From contig CAWGMA010000001.1 in assembly GCA_963823555.1 (NCBI GenBank), positions 1,344,001 to 1,408,000 of the forward strand: 64,000 nucleotides of DNA. Reading direction: 5' to 3'. This document shows positions 40,147 through 49,038 of this stretch, piece after piece. The notes under the pieces were generated by a model. That model saw only the letters and a program-made list of their open reading frames with translations, was not told where the DNA came from and made no database searches. This DNA comes from Candidatus Eiseniibacteriota bacterium. GTDB taxonomy: Bacteria; Eisenbacteria; RBG-16-71-46; CAVPCR01. The position numbers and the translations under genes are program-made. Each line of letters starts with the position of its first letter. The first letter of the stretch is position 1.

Positions 40147-40956
40147 CTACCTTTCAGTCGGCTCCTGTTCCCGCAGGTCCGAGGCGAGGTGGACCCGATG
40201 GATGGCCCGGGCCCGTCCCGTGTTCTCGTTGACATCGACGATGGCAGCGGAGAGGCGTGCATCGCCGCTCGCCGTCGTCAGCCGGCGCGGCGTCTGCTCG
40301 AGGAAGCGTCCGATGGCAATCTCCTTCACGACGCCGATCACCGAGTCGTAGGGCCCGGTCATGCCGACATCGGTCAGGTAGGCGGTGCCCTGGCTCAGGA
40401 TGCGCTCATCGGCCGTCTGAATATGCGTGTGCGTGCCGAGGACGGCGCTGACTCTTCCATCGAGGTAGTAGCCCATGGCCACCTTTTCCGAGGTCGCCTC
40501 GGCGTGCACGTCGACGATGATGATCGGAGTCTCGGCCCGCATCCGGGGCAGGAGCTCGTCGGCGCAGCGGAATGGGCAGTCGGTCAGGGGCATGAAGACG
40601 CGGCCCATGAGCGAGAGCACGCCGACCCGGAGACCGGCCTCGGTGGTGAAGATCCCGAACCGGGCCCCTGGCACGCCGGACGGATAGTTGGCCGGGCGGA
40701 GGATGCGCGGCTCGTGCCCGATGAAGTCGAGGAGTTCCCGCTTGTCCCACAGATGATTGCCCCCGGTGAGGGCATGAATGCCGAGGTCGAACAGGTCATT
40801 GGCCACCGCCCGCGTCAGTCCGAATCCTCCGGCGGCGTTCTCGGCATTGGCGATGACGAAGTCGATGCGCTCCTCGGAGCGCAGGCGATCAAGGTGGGTC
40901 GTGAGTGCCTGTCGCCCCGGGGCGCCCACCACATCGCCGATGAAGAGGATCTTCAT
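40147..40956 (-). CDS. ymdB: YmdB-family (TIGR00282) metallophosphoesterase
   Basis: MKILFIGDVVG, NAENAAGG, GGNHLWD, HAEATSEK, GTHTH, TDVGMTG. Confidence 0.94.
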   Translation of the reverse strand: MKILFIGDVVGAPGRQALTTHLDRLRSEERIDFVIANAENAAGGFGLTRAVANDLFDLGIHALTGGNHLWDKRELLDFIGHEPRILRPANYPSGVPGARFGIFTTEAGLRVGVLSLMGRVFMPLTDCPFRCADELLPRMRAETPIIIVDVHAEATSEKVAMGYYLDGRVSAVLGTHTHIQTADERILSQGTAYLTDVGMTGPYDSVIGVVKEIAIGRFLEQTPRRLTTASGDARLSAAIVDVNENTGRARAIHRVHLASDLREQEPTER

Positions 40957-41086
40957 CCGTTCGACCCCCGGCCCTGGCGTGCGGCGCCCTCGGATCCTGA
41001 AAGAAGCTCCGGCCGGCCGCGATCGTTCGCGACCGGCCGGGACACTGCGTCCGGAGCCGATCCCGAGGGATCGGCCCCGGAGAGGC

Positions 41087-41272
41087 ATTCCCCACCATTG
41101 TGCCGTTCGACCTGAGTGTTTTGAACCTGGATGACTCCAGGTGGGTACCCGCGGTGGGCACTTCGCGACCCCACCTGACTGGAGGTGGGTACCACTCCAT
41201 ACCCGAATACGGGTTCCCGTGTACGTAGTGTTGGCTCAAAACACCGTGATCGTGACGAACACGGCAGGGAAT
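41087..41272 (-). ncRNA. ssrS: 6S RNA
   Basis: About 186-nt rod-like structure directly downstream of zapA; terminal TTCCC/GGGAA stem, GTGTTTTGAGCC/GGTTCAAAACAC arms and central bubble. Typical 6S synteny. Confidence 0.85.
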
Positions 41273-41334
41273 TCGTCGAGCTGACCTCCTTCGCCGCGCG
41301 GCCGCGCGGCGTCGAGAGCCGCCGTTTGGCTCGT

Positions 41335-41643
41335 TCAGGCGCCAACCGGCTCGGCGTCGATAGCTGCCGCCATCAGGAGCTCCAGCTCCCGGACTCGATC
41401 AGCCACGACCGAGCTGGCGTTGTCGGTTCGCTCAAGTTCGCGATGGAGCTCGTCAGCCATGTTCAAGAGCGCGAGCACGGCAACCCGCAGCGGCGAAGTC
41501 ATGCGGTGCCGTTCGGCCACTTCCCGCATCCGCCTGTCGACATCGGTGGCAACCCGACGGGCGTAGTCGAGATTTTCAGGACTCTTGATGCGGTACTCGC
41601 TGCCGAAGATGATCACCGTCGTCAAGGTCGAATCCCCGTCCAC
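41335..41643 (-). CDS. zapA: cell division protein ZapA
   Basis: V.IFGSEYRI, VDRRMRE, RVAVLALLNMADEL. Confidence 0.9.
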   Translation of the reverse strand: MDGDSTLTTVIIFGSEYRIKSPENLDYARRVATDVDRRMREVAERHRMTSPLRVAVLALLNMADELHRELERTDNASSVVADRVRELELLMAAAIDAEPVGA

Positions 41644-41698
41644 GGCGGTGCTCCTTTCGCGCTCAACTCCAAGCTGACATTGGCCGCGGGCTTACCGC

Positions 41699-41971
41699 TC
41701 ACGGCATTCCACCCTCGAGCCACTGGAACTTGCCCAGTATCGTGCGCAGGCGATCGGCGATGGCCTCGCGCTCCGCCGTCAGTCGCCGCCAGTCCGCCTC
41801 CATGGTGACCGCAGCCTGGCTCGACTCGGCCGCCAGACTACCCTCGGCCTGGATCTGGCGCCTGAGCGCCGCATTCTCACGCCGGAGCTCGTCGATGACC
41901 TGACTGGCGCGCAGCACCTGTCGTTCGAGATCATCGAGCGCCCTGAGGGCGCGCTCGTTTGCGTGCTCCAT
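41699..41971 (-). CDS. zapB: ZapB-like coiled-coil protein
   Basis: 90-aa heptad coiled coil (LE..V.......LR.EN..L) immediately upstream of zapA. Confidence 0.7.
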   Translation of the reverse strand: MEHANERALRALDDLERQVLRASQVIDELRRENAALRRQIQAEGSLAAESSQAAVTMEADWRRLTAEREAIADRLRTILGKFQWLEGGMP

Positions 41972-42028
41972 CAGCTCACCTCACGAGCAGGAAGACCCGC
42001 GTGAGCATCCTCACGCCTGTGCGAAGTC

Positions 42029-42058
42029 AGATTAGCAAAGGCCAAAGTGCAGTGTCAA
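42029..42058 (-). promoter_or_regulatory. sigma70-type promoter for zapB-zapA-6S
   Basis: TTGACA-N18-TAATCT with an extended -10 TG. Confidence 0.65.
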
Positions 42059-42060
42059 AT

Positions 42061-42092
42061 GAACGAGCCCGGCATGACTGCCGGGCTCGTTC
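42061..42092 (-). terminator. probable intrinsic terminator after rplT
   Basis: Perfect 14-bp inverted repeat GAACGAGCCCGGCA-TGAC-TGCCGGGCTCGTTC followed by ATTT on the minus strand (weak U-tract). Confidence 0.6.
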
Positions 42093-42128
42093 CTGTTCCC
42101 GCTCTGGATTCGAAATCAGTGGATTGTT

Positions 42129-42485
42129 CTAGGCCTGCGCTCCGCGCGCGGCCTCGGCGACGCGGGCAAACGCCCCGGCATCGCGGACCGCGAGGTCCGC
42201 GAGCATCTTGCGATCGATCGTGATCTGTGCGCGCTTGAGCCCGGCCATGAGTGTCGAATAGGTCAGGCCGTTGAGGCGGGCGGCGGCGTTGATGCGTGCG
42301 ATCCAGAGCCGGCGCATTTCCCGCTTGCGCGCCCTGCGATCACGATAGGCATAGCGGCCGGCGCGGAGTACGGCCTCGACGGCGCTCTGATACAGGCGCG
42401 AGCGGCCACCGACGTAGCCGCGCGACTTGCGCAAGATCTTCCGGCGCCGGGCATGCCCGGGAACTGTGGCTTTTGCTCTCGGCAT
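42129..42485 (-). CDS. rplT: 50S ribosomal protein L20
   Basis: [37 protein letters not shown]. Confidence 0.97.
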   Translation of the reverse strand: MPRAKATVPGHARRRKILRKSRGYVGGRSRLYQSAVEAVLRAGRYAYRDRRARKREMRRLWIARINAAARLNGLTYSTLMAGLKRAQITIDRKMLADLAVRDAGAFARVAEAARGAQA

Positions 42486-42527
42486 CTTGGAGCTACCTCG
42501 CTAACGTCGTGGACCGGACGGTGCGCC

Positions 42528-42725
42528 TTACCCGCGGCCGAGGAGGCGCAGGGCGCGCTTCTCCTCGCTCTGAGGCAAGATCACGTTCTGGCGGAGCCTC
42601 CGCTTGCGCTTGCGGCTCTTCATGTCGAGAAGATGGCCAGCGTAGGGCCGACCACGCTTGATGTGGCCGCTGCCGGTCACCCGATAGCGCTTGGAGGCCG
42701 ATCGATTGGACTTGATCTTGGGCAT
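42528..42725 (-). CDS. rpmI: 50S ribosomal protein L35
   Basis: MPKIKSNRSASKRYRVTGSG...H.L..KS.KRKRRL. Confidence 0.96.
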   Translation of the reverse strand: MPKIKSNRSASKRYRVTGSGHIKRGRPYAGHLLDMKSRKRKRRLRQNVILPQSEEKRALRLLGRG

Positions 42726-42849
42726 GATTCCCTCTGACGGACCGGGATCGGCCGGCCCCGCCGCGCGCTAGCCGCCCCACCCGGGGCCAGGCAACCCTGG
42801 GCGCGTAGCCAAACGAAGACGGAGAGGATAGCCGATCCGGTCTAACCGC

Positions 42850-43542
42850 TCAAGCCTCTTCCTGCTGGGCCTCCCCACCTGCCTCAGCCCGGGCTCGGGC
42901 CTGGCCCCCTCCCGGGGTGGCAGGGGCTCCGCCGTCGTTGGACGGGGTAGCCGGTGGCTCTGCCTCCGTCTGCGGCTTGACCTTGGCCGCCGGACGGGCA
43001 GGTCGCGGTGCCACCACGGTGGACAGGTTGCGGCCCTCGAGCTTCGGCGTGTTCTCGGCGCTTCCGATCTCGGTCAGATCGGCGAGGATCCGATTCATCA
43101 CCCGCGCGCCCAGCTCGGGGTGAGCCATCTCCCGGCCGCGGAACATGATGGTGAGCTTGACCTTGTGGTGTTGCTCGAGAAACTTGCGCGCCGCGTTGAA
43201 CTTGACCTCGTAATCGTGGTCATCGATCTTCGGCCGCAGCTTGACTTCCTTGATCTGGAAGCTGTGCTGCTTCTTCTTGGCTGCGCGTTGCTTCTTGGAT
43301 TCCTCGTACTTGTATTTGCCGAAATCCATGATCCGGCAAACGGGAGGTCGCGAGTTGGGCGAAACCTCCACCAGGTCGAGGTCCTTGGACCGCGCCAGCG
43401 CGAGCGCCTCGCGCGTATCCATGATTCCGATCTGCTGGCCTTCGGAGTCGATCACCCGCACCTGGGGTACGCGAATGCGCTCGTTCGCCCGGATGCGCGG
43501 CTTCGTATCAGGCAGGCCGCGACCAAAGGGCCCTGCGCTCAC
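42850..43542 (-). CDS. infC: translation initiation factor IF-3
   Basis: NERIR..QVRVI, LDLVEVSPN.RPPVCRIMDFGKYKYE, KEVKLRPKIDDHD, FRGREMAH; start codon uncertain. Confidence 0.96.
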   Translation of the reverse strand: MSAGPFGRGLPDTKPRIRANERIRVPQVRVIDSEGQQIGIMDTREALALARSKDLDLVEVSPNSRPPVCRIMDFGKYKYEESKKQRAAKKKQHSFQIKEVKLRPKIDDHDYEVKFNAARKFLEQHHKVKLTIMFRGREMAHPELGARVMNRILADLTEIGSAENTPKLEGRNLSTVVAPRPARPAAKVKPQTEAEPPATPSNDGGAPATPGGGQARARAEAGGEAQQEEA

Positions 43543-43654
43543 AGGTCGAGCCCCCGCCGCGGGGGCAGCTGCTTATGCGGCAAACGTCCTCTCCATTCAA
43601 TGTGAACCAAAGTACTTGGGCGGTCGCCACCGGGGCCCGCGCCACCCAGACGGA

Positions 43655-43731
43655 TGGTGGGCGATAGTGGACTTGAACCACTGACCTCCTGCATGTCAAG
43701 CAGGCACTCTAACCAGCTGAGCTAATCGCCC
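43655..43731 (-). tRNA. tRNA-Val(GAC)
   Basis: GGGCGATTAGCTCAGCTGGTTAGAG...TT-GAC-AT...GGTTCAAGTCC...CCA. Confidence 0.96.
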
Positions 43732-43754
43732 ACGCTAAACCAAGCTGCGGACGG

Positions 43755-43782
43755 AGCCTAGCACAGGGCATCGGGAAGTCAA
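43755..43782 (-). promoter_or_regulatory. sigma70-type promoter for tRNA-Val/infC
   Basis: TTGACT-N16-TAGGCT, extended -10 TG, GC-rich discriminator. Confidence 0.55.
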
Positions 43783-43842
43783 GGGGAGGGAGCTCAAGGG
43801 CCGGGCCCGGTACCGGCCCCCGAGCTCGCTCTCCCGTCGACC

Positions 43843-46800
43843 CTACTTGACCAGGAGGAGCTTTCGGGTCCGGGAGACATCACCGACCGTGAGGCGGGCG
43901 AAGTAGATTCCCGACCCAGCCCCCTCCCCCGCCCGGTTCCGTCCGTCCCAGGTGACGGCATGTCGCCCCGCCGGGTAGCGGCCGCCAGCCACTTCGCGCA
44001 CGGCGCGCCCCGCGATGTCGAAGATCACGAGCCGCACCTCGGCCGCCGCCGGCAGGTCGAAGCTCAAGACGGTGGCCGGGTTGAACGGGTTGGGAACGTT
44101 GGGGTGCAGAGCGAGCTCGAGCGGCACCTCGAGCGCCGTGGCCGCAACCGGACCGTAGTAGACGGATTCGCCGGAGCGCGACACGGCCTCCAGACGGTAG
44201 TAGTAGGTGCTTCCCGGAGGGATCGGGTCCCGGTAGGTGTACGGACTCCGGCCCGAGATCGGTTGGGGACCGGTGAGCCGCCCGTACGAGCCATCCACCA
44301 GCTCGGACCTCCAGACATGGAAACCGAGATGATCGGCCTCGGCGGCAGTCGACCAGGTGAGAATGACCGCACCCATGTCCGCCCTCGCGCTGAACTCGGC
44401 GAGCTCGACCGTGGAGACGGCGGTCGTCCGGAAGCGGTTCCAGCCGAGCTGGTTGAAGATCGACGTCTGGCCGTCCGTGGCTCGCACCCGCCAGGCGTAG
44501 TCCGTGTTGTGAGCCAGCGGCATCGGCCACGCGAGGGTGGTGTCGGAGGCCGCGATCACGGAGTCACTGGCAGCGAACGTGGAATCGGTCCCGACATACA
44601 CGACATAGAGGACGCTGGTCGGCCCGGCCGCTCGCCAGGTCAAGGTGGGCTGGTAGACGACGCCGGTGTCGGCATGGGCGGGAGAGAGCAGGGTGAAGGC
44701 GCCCGGAGCCGGCCCGAAGCTCTGGATCAGCATGAAATCGTCGACGGCATTGGCCGACTGCCCGACGAGCCCGACCCCGGCATAGAGCGTGGCCGTGTTT
44801 CCCTGTCGCTTCCCAGGGTCCGTCAGCCGGGAGTGGAAGTCGTCCCCGATGTACACGTCGAAGTGATGGCCGGTCGGATCGGAGGAGAGAAGGACCTTCC
44901 AGGTTCCTCCCGCCCCGAGGGTGTTCGGGATGAGGCCGGCTGCGTTCGTCAAGGGGAAGCCGGAGGCTCCGGCCCGGATCTCTCCCAGCTTGCTGCGATT
45001 GGTGAACGGATCGATCGTCACCAGGTATCCGCTCGCGCTGCCCGAGGCGGCGTCCATCATGACGGCGAGACCGCCGCGGAGGATACCGTCCGGACTCGCG
45101 CCGGGGCTGAAGCGGAAGCCAGCCGCAGTCGGGTTGGGCCGTGCCTCGTAGATGCCGAGATCGAAGCTCGGCAGGGCCGAGGTGTTGCGCAGCTCGTCGG
45201 CGATGATCTGCATGGGGGCGAGGTCCCCGTTCCAATCCGGTCCCAGGGTGGGGCGGTTGAAGTCATCGACGATGACTTCAACCGGTGCCGTGACGAAAGT
45301 CCAGGACTGGTTGGACATGACCTGGGCGCCGCTGGCATCCCGGGCCTGGACCCGCCAGTAATAGGTCTCCCCGGCCGCCAAAGGCTCCCGGAACATGGTC
45401 TCGGGGAGTGTTGTCGACGGCAGCTGCTGCGGGTTCGGGAAGTCGGGGTCGGTGTCGACGCTCACCGTGTAGGTGATGAGATCGCCTGGATTGGGGTCGA
45501 CTGCTTCTTCCCAGCGCAGGAGCGGAGCCAGCGAGTAGACAATGCTCTGATCGATCGGTTGCTGCAGATTGAAGGCGGCGGGCGGCAGATTGAGACCCGC
45601 CGCCGCGACCGTGAATTCCTCGATGTTGTTGGCCTCGTTCTCTCCGAGGAGGAGCCCGACAAAGGTGAGCGAGCCGGAGCCCTGGCGCCGTTCCGGGTCC
45701 GTCATGCGAGCGTCGAAGCGGTTGTCGACGTAGCACTCGAAGTGATGGCCGCTGGCGTCTCGCACGAAGACGACACGCACCACGTCCCCGGGCTGGGGAA
45801 CAGGGTTCAAGCCCGGGACGTCGATATTGAGGCTGCCGGTGAGCTCCCCGTTCTGGACCTCCCAGACCGACCACCGCTGCTGCCCGGCCGTGTTGCGGAA
45901 GACGAAATAGCCGTTGGCGATGGTGGAGGGAGCGTCCATCCCGAGCAAGCACCCGCCGTAGCCGATGCCGGTCTGGCTCGCCGCTTCACTCCACCGCCAT
46001 TCGACCGATACGGGATTGGCCGCGCCGGTGTAGATCGCCAGATCACTGAACCCGGGCGCCGTGCAGGCGATCTCACCGTTCACGATCGCATAGCTGGGGT
46101 CGGCGATCCAGTCGGGCCCCAGGGTGGAGCGCTCGAAGTCATCGCGGATCTGGTGCAGATCCGGCGAGGTGAAGGTCCTTGTGCTGAGCGAATAGGTCGC
46201 TGCTCCTTCGGGATCTTGAGCCTTGACCCTCCAGTAGTACATCGTGTTGGGGGCCACGGGGATGCCGCGCGCGAAGTTGCTGACGATGAGATTGTCGACA
46301 CGGAGCGTGGCTTCGGACTGGAAGTCGGGATCCGGAGACATGAAGAAATCGTAGAAGACGTAGTCGCCGTCCGGGTCGGTGGTCGATTCCCAGTCGAAGA
46401 GTGGATTCAGATTGACGAGATTGGATCCAGAGGTCGGTGCGATGAGATCGAATGGCTCCGGCGGACCGTTGAACGAGACGGCCTCCACGCGCCACGCGGC
46501 CGCGTTGTTGCTGAAGCTACCGTCACCGATCACCCCGCACCAGTAGTCGTTGTTGCCGTGGCGCCGCAGGGGATCGACGAGAGTGGCATCCAGCTCGCCG
46601 TTCACGTAGATGATGAACTGATGGCCGTTGGCGTCCGAGCGCATCTCGACCGCGAAGCGGTCGCCGGCCTGCGGGGCCGGGCGCCGGGGCGAGTCGGTGT
46701 CGATGAGGGCGCCGGGGACGCCGTCGACGACTTCCCTCAGGGCAAGGGTCTGGTCGCCCGCCGTGTTGCGGTAGACGATGTAGCCATCGGCCGTGTTGGG

Positions 46801-48150
46801 ATCGGTGCTCTCGAGACGGCAGGCGAGTCCCGCCTGGTTGATGCCGGCGGCGTCCGCTCCCGCGCCCCAGGTGAGCTCGACATGGAACGGGTTCACGACG
46901 CGCGTGAAGATGGCGGTGGCGAAGCCCGGGGCGGTGTTGTCGAGTTCGCTGCCGGTCACGACATAGCTGGTCGAGGCCCAGTCGGGACCAGGGTGCGACA
47001 TGGAGCGCGTGAACGCGTCCTCGTAGATGTTGTCGTTCTCCGTGGTGGCGACGGTCGCCGGGTTGGACATCGCGGAGAGGTTGGCGGCGTCATCGAGCAG
47101 CTTGGCTGCGAAATGGTAGGTGGTTGCGGGCGAGAGCCCGGTGATGACTTCTCCACCCACCTCCCCCGCCGCCGCGAGGGCGTGGTAGTCGCCCCCCTGA
47201 TCGGCGAGCGGGAAGCTGGCGGCGTCGATCGGCGCCGGTCCATACCGGCAGTCGGCATAGCGCGGCGTGCCGCTCGTGCCGTCATCGCCGGTGTTGGTCC
47301 ACACCAGCAGCACCGAGCTCCCGTGCACGGTGCCGACGGCGAGATCGGTGATCGGGTCGGGTGGGGTCAGGTCGTTGAGGGCCTGGTCCACTGCCTCGAA
47401 GTAGACAGTCTTCATCTGATCGTAGCCGGCGTCATTGGGGTGGATGGCATCGAACATCCAGTCGTTCGCGGCATTCGGGTTGGCGGTGAAGCGGGTCCAG
47501 TGGTCGGCGATGCGCACCGGTTCCGGCGATCCGGTCACGGTGCCATGACGGTAATCGAGGGCGATGCGGACGACTTCCCGGTTGAAGTCGGCAACATCGG
47601 TCTCCCGGCCCTGGATGGGGATGATGCGGCTGACGATGACCTGGCTGCTGCCTGCCATCAGGGCTTGCCCGATAAGGGTGCCGAGGTCGCCGGTCGGGTT
47701 GGTGTCAGGCGTTCCGTGATCGGACGACCACGGGCCGTACGGCCCGGGGGCGGCAAAGACCTCCGCCGTGCCCAGGTGGATGGCCACGATGTCCGGTCCG
47801 TAGGTGGCGATGGTGGGGCCGATGTCGTGGCTGCCGCCGGCATGGTAGTCGGCGATTCGCGCCCCGGTGAAGAAGTCTCCTTCGTCCGGTTCGGTACCGG
47901 AGGGGCCCACGAAGTCGAAGCCGCCGATCGTGTTGAGAGACGTATAGAGGATGTGACGGAACCCGAGTCCGCTCGTCGAGCCCACACCTTCAGTGATGGA
48001 GTCTCCGGTCGGCATCAGGTTGGTGGCTGCCGCCGGACCGGAGGTCGCGGTCGAGACCGCGAGCAGAGCGAGGACAAGGACCTTCTCCGGGCGGAGGCCC
48101 GCATCATGCGATCTCCTGCGCTTGGAGCGAACAATGGCTGATCCGTTCAC
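43843..48150 (-). CDS. large secreted protein: SGNH/GDSL hydrolase + FN3 + three 292-aa repeats + FlgD-Ig/T9SS-like C-terminal domain
   Basis: Signal peptide; GDSIT and DAIHPN catalytic blocks; YYWRV FN3 motifs; terminal PNPFNP...IFDIAGRAVR...WDGRN...SGIYFARL...KLLLVK. GTG start at 48150 is inferred. Confidence 0.85.
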   Translation of the reverse strand: MNGSAIVRSKRRRSHDAGLRPEKVLVLALLAVSTATSGPAAATNLMPTGDSITEGVGSTSGLGFRHILYTSLNTIGGFDFVGPSGTEPDEGDFFTGARIADYHAGGSHDIGPTIATYGPDIVAIHLGTAEVFAAPGPYGPWSSDHGTPDTNPTGDLGTLIGQALMAGSSQVIVSRIIPIQGRETDVADFNREVVRIALDYRHGTVTGSPEPVRIADHWTRFTANPNAANDWMFDAIHPNDAGYDQMKTVYFEAVDQALNDLTPPDPITDLAVGTVHGSSVLLVWTNTGDDGTSGTPRYADCRYGPAPIDAASFPLADQGGDYHALAAAGEVGGEVITGLSPATTYHFAAKLLDDAANLSAMSNPATVATTENDNIYEDAFTRSMSHPGPDWASTSYVVTGSELDNTAPGFATAIFTRVVNPFHVELTWGAGADAAGINQAGLACRLESTDPNTADGYIVYRNTAGDQTLALREVVDGVPGALIDTDSPRRPAPQAGDRFAVEMRSDANGHQFIIYVNGELDATLVDPLRRHGNNDYWCGVIGDGSFSNNAAAWRVEAVSFNGPPEPFDLIAPTSGSNLVNLNPLFDWESTTDPDGDYVFYDFFMSPDPDFQSEATLRVDNLIVSNFARGIPVAPNTMYYWRVKAQDPEGAATYSLSTRTFTSPDLHQIRDDFERSTLGPDWIADPSYAIVNGEIACTAPGFSDLAIYTGAANPVSVEWRWSEAASQTGIGYGGCLLGMDAPSTIANGYFVFRNTAGQQRWSVWEVQNGELTGSLNIDVPGLNPVPQPGDVVRVVFVRDASGHHFECYVDNRFDARMTDPERRQGSGSLTFVGLLLGENEANNIEEFTVAAAGLNLPPAAFNLQQPIDQSIVYSLAPLLRWEEAVDPNPGDLITYTVSVDTDPDFPNPQQLPSTTLPETMFREPLAAGETYYWRVQARDASGAQVMSNQSWTFVTAPVEVIVDDFNRPTLGPDWNGDLAPMQIIADELRNTSALPSFDLGIYEARPNPTAAGFRFSPGASPDGILRGGLAVMMDAASGSASGYLVTIDPFTNRSKLGEIRAGASGFPLTNAAGLIPNTLGAGGTWKVLLSSDPTGHHFDVYIGDDFHSRLTDPGKRQGNTATLYAGVGLVGQSANAVDDFMLIQSFGPAPGAFTLLSPAHADTGVVYQPTLTWRAAGPTSVLYVVYVGTDSTFAASDSVIAASDTTLAWPMPLAHNTDYAWRVRATDGQTSIFNQLGWNRFRTTAVSTVELAEFSARADMGAVILTWSTAAEADHLGFHVWRSELVDGSYGRLTGPQPISGRSPYTYRDPIPPGSTYYYRLEAVSRSGESVYYGPVAATALEVPLELALHPNVPNPFNPATVLSFDLPAAAEVRLVIFDIAGRAVREVAGGRYPAGRHAVTWDGRNRAGEGAGSGIYFARLTVGDVSRTRKLLLVK

Positions 48151-48246
48151 CGATCCATCTCCCTCTGTCGTTGCGCCAACCCCGCGGCACGGCCATCGCA
48201 TGGGGTTCCTGATCCGATTGGAGGCAGACCCTGGCCTCCCACGTGG

Positions 48247-48274
48247 TTATCGGCCATCGCCATGGCATCGTTGG
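48247..48274 (-). promoter_or_regulatory. putative sigma28-type promoter for the large secreted protein
   Basis: Minus strand CCAAC-N15-GCCGATAA. Confidence 0.45.
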
Positions 48275-48440
48275 GGGAATCGACTCAGGCGGGGTGTGCT
48301 CGCCAGCGCCAGGCAGAGGGCGTGAACGAGGCTGCTTCTTGACCGGGGTGCCCCAGGGTGATACAAGGTGCCGACTCCTCATGGTGCCCTGCCGCCCGCA
48401 GTCAGCGCCACCAGGGCGAACGATCCAGCGAAACCACTCC

Positions 48441-49025
48441 ATGACCAGCTATCGCCTAGCGCGCATCCTCTCGGACGTCCTCAGTCCACCCGTCATTGCG
48501 CTCGCCGTGTTCTGGTTTCTCTCGGAGGCGACGGCTCAGGGAATGCAGTGGCCGGTCTTTCTCACGTGTGCGGCAACCCAGAGCGTGCTGCCTCTGATCT
48601 TTCTCGGGCTGGCGGTGCGCCGCGGGCACATCGGGGACATCAACATGAGCCGGCGAGAGGAGCGCCGGCACGGGATGGCGACGCTCGCCGCGGTGTATGC
48701 CGCGGGCGTTGTCCTGGTGGCCCTCGCCGGGGTCCGGGGACCGATTCTCTTCGTCTGCATCTGCTCGCTGGCGGTGCTGGGCGCGCTGTGGGCCGTGAAC
48801 CTGTTCTACAAGGCTTCGGGGCATGCCGCCGGGTGTGCCGCCTACATGACGGCGATCTCGATCTTCGTCGATCCGGTGCATCCTGGACTGGCGCTGATCC
48901 CGGCTGTCTCCTGGGCGCGGGTGCGGGTCGGCGCCCATACGGTCGCCCAGGTCATCCTCGGTGCCATCCTCGGCACCGGCGTGGCGCTGGGCTTCTACCT
49001 GCTGGCTCGCCCGGTCCTCTTCTAG
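48441..49025 (+). CDS. PAP2-like membrane phosphatase
   Basis: Several TM helices; KASGH and WARVRVGAHTVAQVILG motifs. Confidence 0.7.
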   Translation: MTSYRLARILSDVLSPPVIALAVFWFLSEATAQGMQWPVFLTCAATQSVLPLIFLGLAVRRGHIGDINMSRREERRHGMATLAAVYAAGVVLVALAGVRGPILFVCICSLAVLGALWAVNLFYKASGHAAGCAAYMTAISIFVDPVHPGLALIPAVSWARVRVGAHTVAQVILGAILGTGVALGFYLLARPVLF

Positions 49026-49038
49026 GCGGGGAAATGCC

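Noticed and set aside
43960..48141. 1393-aa plus-strand ORF and many other long antisense ORFs (e.g. 897-2789, 16423-17823, 61925-63451)
   Set aside because: Shadow frames of real minus-strand genes caused by high-GC codon bias; no recognisable motifs.
48347..48366. Weak copy of the tRNA-Arg(CCT) 3' end (GGTGCCCCAGGGTGA) as a possible att site
   Set aside because: Short, gapped and mismatched; expected by chance at this GC content, and no integrase is present.
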